A DNA stretch of 63,896 nucleotides, filler included, from Salisapilia sapeloensis CBS 127946 (Eukaryota > Protista > Oomycota): the NCBI GenBank assembly GCA_023334545.1. It is 10 parts of 10 records of this genome, joined end to end, with 100 filler letters (N's around TTAATTAATTAA, not from the genome) between each part and the next. Parts side by side here need not be neighbours in the genome. Positions count along the whole stretch, not along the records: positions 33,385 to 50,526 come from JAADVB010000345.1; 9 more parts are not named here. One strand, written 5' to 3'. Positions 34,359 through 45,000 of the stretch are shown one piece after another. The position numbers and the translations under genes are program-made. The first letter of the stretch is position 1. Every line of letters begins with the position of its first letter. The notes below the pieces were generated by a model, which searched no databases, had not been told where the DNA came from, and was given only the letters and a program-made list of their open reading frames with translations.

Positions 34359-36439
34359 ATGCAAGCAAATGACGATAAAGTTGGAGGTAGAAATACCGAA
34401 ATCAACCATTCCTTGCAGCAGAAAGAGCAAATTACTGCCCAAATGATTGACATAATTGCTACACGCTTGGATTCATTGCAGACGATCGGTACATTCCACT
34501 ATTTGTATCGCAATGTGTGCATTCTGTCATTACTCTTTGTAGTTAATAAACGCAAGGACGGATTAGAATGCGACATAAGCATCGATTCGTCGTACTGCTC
34601 CAAGATGGTACATCATACTCGGCTTTTCACATCTCATTCGTGGTTTGACAAGTAATATGTTTTAATTTACGTAGGTGCCCCCGCTTGAGGACCCATACGA
34701 CAATCGGAATGGAATAAATGGACGTCCGAGGGGTACAGCACCCACCTTGTCACCAAGTCAACAGGCGATGATGGAGCGGTTGTTTGGTCCGGATGAAAAG
34801 CTACAGCAGCGTGGACCTGTACATGACTTTGCTAGCAGTATTATGCCTTGAAACATATTAATTTCATTTATTTAATATGAATAGCAAGTATTGAGGAAGA
34901 CAAAGCTGGATCTACAAAAGAATGATTTTAGGAAGAATACGAGACTCCAATTAGAAAAAAAGTTGCAGACTAGTGTTGAAGGCCACATCACTCGCACAGT
35001 GGATATCTTAACTCGTCCAGAGGACGATATAGAGCTATCTCTGTCGAATAGTCCGCCCATCACTGTTCAAACGAAGTTGCTATTACTCCATACGTACTCT
35101 AGGATTTGCATTCTCACGGGAAAACAGAAGTTTAAAAAGTTTCTACTGTCCGAGATATCATGTGCTATATTCGAAGATGTCTTCTGGCTGGTACATGCAC
35201 ACTTCTTTCAAAAAGTAAGGCAATACCCTTTTTGACTATGCTTGGCAGCCTTCGAAATAACAGCTACCGAAAACATTAGAACTCAATGGAAAAGCAGCGA
35301 GAAATGGTGGCGACGATCAGTACCAAGTATGTTCGAGTGATGTCCATCATGCGTTCTAGCGTCGACCACATCTTTAGGATGTACCCCTATGCTATATCCA
35401 GTGCTGTTTGCTGGGGTTTCCACTACACATTTCCAGGATCTCGACACTTGTATACAACGACATTCAAGAATGATGTCCGTATCTACTTTTGTTACTATGT
35501 CGATAGCCTCCGTTTCTTAGTACTTATGTCCAGGTATACTTCTTCGTTTGTCAACTTTTACTCGGCTTAAAGCTCTGCACGATTACAGTTCAATCCATGA
35601 GAAAGCAGCTATTTCCAGATGATATTTTAGAAATAGTTAGTCTGAAGGGAAGACGTGGCGGTGACAGACCGAGTAGTTCGAAAGTAGTGGGTGATGAAGC
35701 ACCATTGTTTTCTATCTCTACAAACCATCCATTCACGAAATCGGCCAGTGAGCTTCAGTTAAGGAAAGATTTGTTGAGTGAAAGCTCTATTGAGTCTCTC
35801 CTCCAAAGTGCATCTACAGATGATTTGCAAGTGAGTAAATTCCATGATCTTATAGGATACGGAAGAGTGTACTGATAGTTATTTAGCTGGATTTAAGACC
35901 TCGGGCTCATCAGCTTCGCACAGCATTCAATGCTTCGCAGCTTAGTCCAATGGTGAAAGAATTCTTTCGTTCGGATGCGCGACTCGCCAAACCGCCCACG
36001 TTCCTATCGCGTACAACGCCTGCATCTAACTGTCACGTAGGAGGCGAAGAAACGTTTCATAAATGGTTGCATGCGCTCACTGACGTATATAAATTCTTAT
36101 GCTAATCCTTATCATGACATGGAATAGCTATAACTCTCGCTCAAAAAAGAACTTTGCTGCTGAAACTAGCAAGGAGCAAGAAAAATGCTATCGAGACCTG
36201 CAGCAAATACAGAATGAAGCACGCCGGGATATTTTTACTCTACGACAGGTAAGCATTTTGCATTATCCAAAAGTAGAACAATATTATTAATTCTTTCCTA
36301 GACTCGTGATACAGTGCTTGCAAGTGGAAAGAAATCCGTTCAAGCGTATTGTGCTACCCTTTTGACGAAAACGAAAGCACTCGAGGAGGACGATAACTCG
36401 AGTACTATTGCACCATCATCAAGTCGAGCAAAAAAGTAG
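34359..36439 (+). CDS. FAM227 (FWWh-domain) family protein, many introns, boundaries approximate
   Basis: ISCAIFEDVFWLVHAHFF and TISTKYV...DHIFRMYPYAISSAVCWGFHYTFPGSRHLYTTTFKNDV parallel the recalled FAM227 core (ALLQDSFWWWF...[24 protein letters not shown]). Confidence 0.65.
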
Positions 36440-36605
36440 ACGCTTTGATCACAAGTATTTCCATCTAAAAAACCGAAGAGCGGAAAAATACTTTGAGCGC
36501 AAAATTTATGAAAGTACAATCGATATAACTAATTTGCCCTATTCGCTTTTATTTTTCATCCAATAAAATAAAAACTTATTCGAAAGGTTTGACAAACAAG
36601 TGAAG

Positions 36606-37798
36606 ATGACCGATTTACATGCCTTTGTCGCGGAAGTACAAGAGCTAGCACCTCTTTTGCGTGAATTTGATCCGTCCAATGAAGACTGGGTGAACGTACG
36701 TGCCGATGCATATGTATTTGCATACTATAACAAGACCTTGAGATCTAAAAGATGGTGGATATGTCTGTCAATAGGCTGAGAAGCGAGGTCTGGAGCTTCG
36801 TGATGAATTCGAAAGCCTCTTAAAGTCTCCAGGGGGTGTCCAGAAGCTCCGGGATTTTGATGCACTGCCTGCTTTGAAACAACTTGTTCCAGAAGAAGCA
36901 AGAGGCGATATTTCCAAGCTCAAGGTCTCGGATTTCATTCTGGGCATCATGTACCTAAAGCCATACCTGATTTTGGAAGAAACTTATCGAGGCTTTGGTT
37001 ATGAATACGCGAAAGAGCTATCGAAAGAAGCTCGCAAGGAGTTGAACAATGTCAATTCTTCCTATGTGTATGGCGAAATTGAATTCTTCCAATTCGCGTC
37101 CGTCATCCGGTACATTGCGCCTTCACTCCCAGAACACGCCATCTTCTACGACATTGGGTCTGGAACCGGCAAGGCAGTTATCGCTGCTAGTCTGGTCCAT
37201 CGCTTTGACCAAGCCAAAGGAATCGAAATCCTTCAAGTAATCTCTCTCTTCTATCTACCCTACGTATCCCATACTCATGACCTCTACAGCCACTAGTCAA
37301 TTGTGCTGAAAAACGGAAAGCAGCTCTCCTACGCAACCACAGCCCATTCTATACAGACATGGACTTTATTGCCGACAGCTTTTTCACTGTGCCATGGAAT
37401 GATGGAGATGTCGTCTTCTGTCATGGCACGTGCTTCAGCGACAGGTATGTGCATCTAAATGAAACTGTAAAACTGTATCTAATATTCTTGATAGTGAATG
37501 GGCTCAGATTTCCAAAGCAGCGGAAAGTTTAAAGCAAGGCGCATGGTTTATCTCTACGAGTCAAGTGCTCCAGACTGGACTCTTTGAAGTCGTCCAGACG
37601 TTCCCTTTTATCATGAGCTGGGGCACAGCAACGCTTTACATTCAAGTACAAGTCTATTCCTGTTCCTTTTTATTATGCAAACTAATGTGTACTTGATAGC
37701 GTCGAAGGAAAATCGGCAAGTGGGCAGCACAAATGCTTCGTGGTGTCGCGACGTCATCCAGTACAAGGACGACGAAAGAAGATGAAAAGCGAACGTAA
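36606..37798 (+). CDS. DOT1-like class I SAM methyltransferase, multi-exon
   Basis: SSYVYGEIEF, FYDIGSGTGKAV, KGIEIL, DVVFCHGTCF and MSWGTATLYIQ|RRRK. Confidence 0.85.
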
Positions 37799-37799
37799 A

Positions 37800-39122
37800 T
37801 CACTTTCGTTTTTGCTGCGCCACCTTCTTCTGACGCTTCTTGACATGCTTTGGAATTTTATTCTGACGCTTCTCCCGTTTCTCTTCCTTGACCTGTTGCT
37901 TATTCAGCTTCTTCTCTTCCTTCTCCGTCTCCTTCAGCTTCTCTCGTTCCAATCTCTTCTCTTCCTTAAACGCTGCGCGTTGTTCGTCCGTCAACTCGTC
38001 CTCCGAGTCGGAGCTATCACTCTCATCCATGTCCTCCAACTCGTCCACCTTAAGATTGTCCATCAGTCGCTCGTTGTTCACCTCGAGTCTAGAAATCGCA
38101 CTTTCAAAGGTCTTCTCCATCCGTCCTTCGATGTAATCCAACTGCTCTTTCTCGGAATGAAGCACTTGGCCTAGCGACTGAGGGATGAACGTGTGCATGA
38201 AAACAGCTTCTTCCACCTGTGCTTCATTCGACAGACCGTCTGGACGCATGGCAATGGTCTCCTGGATCTCTTCCAGTCGTGTGTCCACTTGATCTTCCAT
38301 CAAATGCTCATCCGTGACGAATTCAAACAACTCTTGTGTCGACATGGGTGTAATCTGTCCATGTTTCGCGAAAAAGTCGGTAACATTACGACAATCCTTT
38401 CGCAGGAATTCAAAAGCACTCGGATGTTCGTGCTCGACCGACTGCGAGACATCGATAAAGTAGAGCTTCCCTTGCATATACAAAATGTTGTATTCACTCA
38501 AGTCACCATGGACGAGTCGACACGTTTGGTACATGACACGCATCATTTTCACACATTGAACGTAGCACTCGCGATAACGGTTCGGACTGAGCTTGGCGTC
38601 TTTAAGGCGAGGTGCAGACCATCCGTCTCGACCGATGAAGGTCATCAAGAGGACGTGGGATCGGAGTAGAATCGGCTCAGGACATGTAATGCCAGCTTCC
38701 TGTAGGCGACGTAGGTTTCGCAGTTCTTTCTCAGCCCACAATTTGACCATCTTACGAGGATTACTCTTTGCATACCCATGTCGGAAGCGGAATTCACCCG
38801 AAACGTACTTGTCTCGATCTTTAAACACTAGAATAGACGTCTTGTAGACTTTAAGCGCAGCCTCTCGACCGTCTCCTAGTTTTGCGTGATACACGTTGGC
38901 TTCCTTGCCTGTGCTCAAACAGCCATTGAGTTCCGACACGATTCCTTGGTTGAGCATGCGAAAGAGGAGCATGCGTGTTCGAGGGTCGAGCACTTGTTCC
39001 GTCGTAGCACGATCATCTCGACCGGTATGTTTCGCTCGGCCACTCTCTTCGTTACGCAGGGAACGTTGGAGCTGGTTGGACGCAGCTTTTGAAAACTGGA
39101 ACGCATCTGCATCGTCCGCCAT
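37800..39122 (-). CDS. RIOK1: RIO1 atypical kinase
   Basis: ATTEQVLDPRTR, STGKEANVYHA, KVYKTSILVFKDR, WAEKELRNL, LVHGDLSEYNIL and IDVSQSVE. Confidence 0.96.
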   Translation of the reverse strand: MADDADAFQFSKAASNQLQRSLRNEESGRAKHTGRDDRATTEQVLDPRTRMLLFRMLNQGIVSELNGCLSTGKEANVYHAKLGDGREAALKVYKTSILVFKDRDKYVSGEFRFRHGYAKSNPRKMVKLWAEKELRNLRRLQEAGITCPEPILLRSHVLLMTFIGRDGWSAPRLKDAKLSPNRYRECYVQCVKMMRVMYQTCRLVHGDLSEYNILYMQGKLYFIDVSQSVEHEHPSAFEFLRKDCRNVTDFFAKHGQITPMSTQELFEFVTDEHLMEDQVDTRLEEIQETIAMRPDGLSNEAQVEEAVFMHTFIPQSLGQVLHSEKEQLDYIEGRMEKTFESAISRLEVNNERLMDNLKVDELEDMDESDSSDSEDELTDEQRAAFKEEKRLEREKLKETEKEEKKLNKQQVKEEKREKRQNKIPKHVKKRQKKVAQQKRK

Positions 39123-39266
39123 GATGTCTAGATGGACAAGAAGTGATTCGTTGGTGGAGAAGTCGAGATGGCTACATCTTCACATGACAAGCATTGGTTA
39201 TTTATATGGACAAAACTTAAACTAGTTTTATGGAATTTGAGAACTGCTGTACGACTCAAAGCAAAA

Positions 39267-39553
39267 ATGGATGAAAAGGGACAAATGTACAAGGACCTGG
39301 CAGCACGGATGGCCGAGTTGAATGAAAACCTCGAACGACTTCGAGGAAATATTGATAAAGTCGAGCAGACGAGTGGAGACATTGCGAACATGGCGAGTGC
39401 CTTCCAACGAACGTACAACCTGCATAAGTTTGACACTTTTGTACCGCCAATTCTAATTGTTGCATGTCCTATAGATTCTACAATGCAGCTCTTGTTGCGG
39501 GAAATGAACGGCCTGATGAAAGCATGAACGGACAAACAAATCATGGGTTTTAA
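39267..39553 (+). CDS. Small coiled-coil protein, Hsk3-like (Dam1/DASH complex); intron 39413-39474
   Basis: Spliced product MDEKGQMYKDLAARMAELNENLERLRGNIDKVEQTSGDIANMASAFQRT|FYNAALVAGNERPDESMNGQTNHGF. It aligns without gaps to recalled fungal Hsk3. Confidence 0.6.
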
Positions 39554-39620
39554 TATGATACAACGCTTGTTAAGCAAGATATTTTGCCGTTGCTATTGGA
39601 AGTTTATAGGACCATGCTGT

Positions 39621-40282
39621 CTACCTAATAAAACTATACGACCAAAATTCATCTGTAGATGGAGCCGGAAGTGATTTGTCTAGTACCAGAGGAGACCTTG
39701 GTGCATACACACTCAATTGACGAATGTGTGTATCTTTTCCATTTTGATGCATCGCCAAGACGGCAATTTGCAGTACGAATGCACGGACACCATCTTGTGC
39801 CTACGAGATTATCTATTTAAATAACCACAAAGACGACTGCTGTAGAATAAAAGTGTATACATCTGCAGACTGGTCATCTTCTAGCTCCGTAAGTGGAAGT
39901 CGCACCCACCCCCTGGGTTCTTCGAAACTCGTCTCACAAACCTCTTTCATGTCGTGATCCGTGTCGCCACAACGAATTGCAATCCGCTGTGGTGTGTAGC
40001 TTTCATCGAGTGAATAATCCAGGTACATCTCAATTTCTGAAATCGTGGGTCTCCGATCGAATTGAAGGGTGATCAAATGTGGCTGCGCTCCATCCGATTG
40101 CCAATAAGTTTCCAAGTTATCTATTTGACAGACAAGAAGCGACGTTTTAGGATCGGTCGATGCTATCCAGTCCTACAGTTCGTACGATCTCGTAATTGCT
40201 CCACACCGTTCCCAGGCTTTGCAGTCGACAGAGACCACACCGCTTCGTCCCCAATTTCTCGTCGGTCGGCTTGAGTGCCCAT
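39621..40282 (-). CDS. ANAPC10: APC/C subunit 10 (DOC domain), 3 exons
   Basis: REIGDEAVWSLSTAKPGNGVEQLRD|NLETYWQSDGAQPHLI...DESYTP...MHQNGKDTHIRQ. Confidence 0.95.
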
Positions 40283-40494
40283 GGACGTCGCCCTGCCTTC
40301 GACCATTCGCGTCATTTTTCGCCTTTTGTTGTCGGATTTTTGAAGTTAAGGGGCTCCGAGTATCATCTTTTTTTACTTCGGTTTAGTATACCCGAGACAT
40401 TCTTGTCCAGAATAAGTACTACCTATTAAAATACTAAAAGATAGTATACGTGGTGTTTTTAATACGAAATAGTGCGGTGGACTCAGGTCTAACA

Positions 40495-41916
40495 ATGGAA
40501 CCGGGGCAGGAGTACGATGCTAATCAACGAGAGTCTCTACTGCCTCTACCATCCGAGACATTTGACGCCCCACTTTCTCAAGATGTAGGTGGATGGGTCC
40601 AATCGACTCCACCGCCGACAGTAGCGACGACCGAGTCCGAATTACCACAAAGGGTACCCACTGGCGAAACACACTCATCGATGGACGTCGAGACGTTGGA
40701 TGCACACACGGCAGAGCTCCATACGTATCTTCATGAAAACGCTATATCGTCAGGTATATTCCTAACGAAGATACTAGTGCGATGAGTATATTTATAAAGC
40801 TATCGTGTAGGATATAAGCCGTGTGCAGATGACGTCTTCCATTTCTTTGAAAGCCTCCATGCATCTTCTATCATGCATGTAGACGACACAGCTCTATTTC
40901 ATTGGGTCCAAACATTTTTATCCATACATGAGTCTCTCCATCCAGACGAAAGGAACTCTCTCATGGAGAAATACGATGCCAAGCGACAATTGGAAGCCAT
41001 TCGTCATCTCCAAATGTCCGATGATTATCCTTCCACAGCTCAGTTATTCCAACTACAAAGCGTCAAGACACTTCAGTATTGGAACTATAGGTTTAATGAC
41101 AGTTTGAAAGATTCACAGCGGAGTAAAAAGGAAGAAAAGATGACCATTGAAAAGGAACTGGAGGACTGGATTCGTGCGAATGAGCACACGAATCTCATGA
41201 AAATGAACGTCCTCGCACATATCAAGCAAAAGTACCCACAATTTGCTGCTGCAAAAACGCCAGCGGCATTAAAGACGTGGGTGATACGATTCCTAAAACG
41301 TAAAATCGTCGTCCAGGCCTCTAAACCAGAGTCAAAGAAGCGTTCTCGGAGTGAAAATGCATCCGATGCGACTGTATTAGAGTGTCCAAAGGATACGCGG
41401 ATGGACGGGAAGAAACAAAAAACTGAAAAGGCGGGGTACGTTCCTCATTCGAATGCATTTAAATTAAATGCGTTGCGGATGCTGGATGAAGGGAATACGC
41501 CACAAGAGGTGCAGCAGGAACTGGGTATAAAGAACGCAAGTACATTGGTGTATTGGAGCTCCATTCGAGATAAGTTGGCCATGTCCGAGATGAACAAGTT
41601 GCGACTGGCTGGAGGCGGCCGAAAGACCAGTTGTGGCTTTGAAGATGAGCTGCTGGAATGGATTGGATCCAAGCGGCGGGCTGGCGAAAGTAAGCTTATC
41701 ATGCAGAATAGAATGATCAGGACACTGAGAATGGAAGTAGACGCGAGTGTGAGCGAGGTTATGGCGTATATCAAAGACCACCATGCCGGTTTCGCGGAAG
41801 GGAAAAAGGAGGCTAGTTTGAGACGATGGGTATTGCGGTTTTTCAAGAGAAAGTTTGTCAACACTTGTGAGTGGAAGGAAGATGGGGAGGCAAACGACAT
41901 GCCAGTCTTTATCTAA
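40495..41916 (+). CDS. Protein with repeated pogo/CENP-B-type HTH DNA-binding modules and no DDE domain, 1-2 introns
   Basis: Three modules ending LFHWVQTFL, LKTWVIRFLKRK and LRRWVLRFFKRK. The last is preceded by NAFKLNALRMLD...LGIKNASTLVYW...GGGRK...EDELLEWI. Confidence 0.65.
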
Positions 41917-42015
41917 TGTATGCGTTCAATAGAAACGTCCTTGTTCCAGACTCTTTGGCACTTGTGAAACGTCGGTGGTTTCTCCATTTAAAACTTTTTG
42001 TGCTTATCAACTAGC

Positions 42016-45000
42016 ATGCCACATCGACCGCAATCAGCGCACTCTGGGCGAAAGACATCAATAAAACGACTGGAAGATGTAGATGAACAGGAAGAGCAAA
42101 AGGCTATGCAGCGGCGATTAAGGAAGAGGCTGTTAGCACCTCGATCAATTCAATTAGACAGGAAGAGGACAGTGGGCGCCGTAAATGGTCTCGTCCAAGT
42201 GACAAGAGATCGGAAAGAAGTAGCCTCGAGTCATCCTACGGATAAAATGACACCGGTTGATTTCTTTAAACGGAGTAAGTAGCTGGACCGCTGTTCGATG
42301 CATTGATGGAGTACTCATGGCTTGCTAGAGTATGCGGACAAGCATGGAGTGCTTGAATATGTCCTTAAAGTAATTCGAAATGGGATGGCCGTACGTCGCA
42401 GCGAGATGCCAAAGACGAGAGGGACGTTGAAGCCACTCGCATCAGATGAAAGTGAAGTATTGTACTTGGTGTATCAGCCTCATCCCCCTTGTGGCTTTCA
42501 AAATGTCTATTGGCTCATGTTCACAGATGAAGCAACGCTTTTCGATGCAAAAGTTGATTATTTTACTCTGAGTGTCTATGGCTTCACACACGTGAAAGGA
42601 TTGTCCGTTGTGGAGTTTGTCACTGTTCAAGACTGGATGGAAGAAAAGCGAGCGTTTGACCATTTAACCTCCATGGATGGGCTCCAGCGGATTGAAAAGA
42701 TGCTCTTCTTCTTTCGCTGGAGAAAACGATCCGTCAAACGTCGCCATCGAAGAGTCAAGACACTACTAAGTGCCCAACTATTCCATTGCCACACAGCAGC
42801 AGCTAGGATCCTATTGAAGATGCGTCAATATTGCCTAGAGGTATCCACTTCACCTTGTAACATTTTGATAATCTTCTTATACCATTGAGCATAGATATTA
42901 GAAGCCGAGACACCTCTCTCCAAGGTCATGCCGAGTACGACGTATACGGAAGAAGCTTTTGAATCCGTACATTTCACTTTTTACCTAAATGAAAAAGGGG
43001 CTGAACTGTTCTATAGTTGTTTCGACGACATGTCCTCAAAGCGCAAGCATACATAAACCAAAAGATAGGAATCATCTCTTCTATCATCCTTACAAAGACA
43101 AAACACTTGTATGTTTGTGGTCGAGTCCGTCGAGACTCACTAGCAAATTCGATTACATCGACAGCGTTGGATCGTGGTGTGCTACGAGAGAAAATGTTTC
43201 ATTTGATCCGCTTAGCTGATTTTATGATTGTCGAAGCTGTCGGTGGACACTTACGTCGAACAGTCCGGGCACTTCGAGATTTACTATGTGGTAGCCTGAA
43301 TATGCATCCTAACCAGTTGCAGCTACTATTAAACGTTGGCAAGCAGTTTCGTGTAGGCATGGCAGCTTCTACATATCAGACCACAGTAATTGGTACGATC
43401 GATGGAGAAATACTGCCTGCCAAGAACAGCAGTATGACATTCACTCCTCGATACCATCTAGACACATACTCCCGTCCATTTCCATCACTCTACGCTCTTC
43501 TACATGGCAATTACGGTGTACAAGACACCAGCTCAGCAATATCCATGCAAATCCAGCCGGCGAAGGCTGAATTTTATCGAGTACTCCATCGCCTGCTTTT
43601 TGAATACTTTGTTTATATAGACAAAATACCTAGATTAGTAGGAGACGAGCGGTTCTTTCATGTGCCAACACCTTTTGTACCAAATGACCGACCTATGTTT
43701 CTTTCCGGGGTGAATCCTCCATCCAAAATATCACTTGGACATTGTCAAGCCTACCTTAGTGAGATAAGATCAGCCTTGGACGCTTATACGAATCAGATAC
43801 AGCATTGGATTCAAGAGCACGTTCGTTGGATTGAATCTATAAAAGGAGAAGAGCAGGTCTACCAGAGTTGCATGACAGCATCTGATTCTCCTTATGAAGG
43901 AAAAATCTCAGCAATCGAGTATGAGCGAAGTCAAGACCGATGGAATGAATTCAGACAGTATGCACGTAACATGCCAATTGCAGTCCAGATTGGTTGCTTT
44001 CTCATTGACCAACAAGAGCTGAAGCACTATATGGAAGAGCACACATCTAGTCGGATAAGTGAGTTGGATCGCACACTACCCGTAGTCTATCGTCAGGTCT
44101 TAGAAGAACTTGTGGAAGAAGTGGAAGTATCTGTACCACGCATTACATCCATTCCATACACGATGGAAGAAGCTTGTACTTGGTTGTCTGATGTCTCGCG
44201 ATACCTGCCAATCAAGACATTTCGACAGAACTTTAATGCAAGATGTGCAAACTTGACAAAGCTCAAGGCACTATTAGCTGAACAAGGAATTTCATCCGAG
44301 ATTGTTGGTGGGAAGGAATGGCATAAAATTCATGCGCTAGAACTTCGATGGGAATTTGGATATGACACGCTAATGACGTGTCTTATGAAAGTCCAAGTGT
44401 GTGATGGGGAACACCGAAAAAGTATTCGTGCAATGATGAAAAGCGCAGCAGAACTTGTAAATGACAAGATCCATACGCTGCGTGGCGTATTTGATCATTT
44501 GCCAATGGAGTACCTTGGGACGAAAAGAGAGATGGAGCGAACTGAAAACGAGATGGATGCTGTTGTGCAACAGCTAGAGGATGTTGTCGAGACAGATATC
44601 CAGAGAAGGGCGCTGGTGCATGAATATGCCGTATATGAGACTGAATACCGTGCCTCTCGATTACCACTGGAGGAACAAGAGTCAGTTATGGAACCCGAAA
44701 GTGCTGTTAAGATCAAGTTGGCACCTTTGCAGAGTGAGGCACTGCTCCAGTACGTTGTTGTCGCATTAGAAATTCGACGATGGTATTTAGCTTGGCAAAA
44801 GGCTTGGGTAAAGTGGATGCAGACACCACTGTTACACGTCTCTGGTAACTTGGTCTTGAATCGCATCTCGCAGTTCAAGCGACGCTTACTTCACTCGGCC
44901 AGAACCTTATCAAGATTACGTCGACAGTATGACAAGTTCGATCAGCATGAGCCGTCCCTAGGACCTCAGGATAAGGCCTTTGTACGAGTCTTTTGGGAAA

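Noticed and set aside
37800-40282. RIO1-Hsk3-APC10 as a mitotic gene cluster
   Set aside because: Neighbouring unrelated housekeeping genes are expected in such a gene-dense region, and nothing indicates co-regulation.
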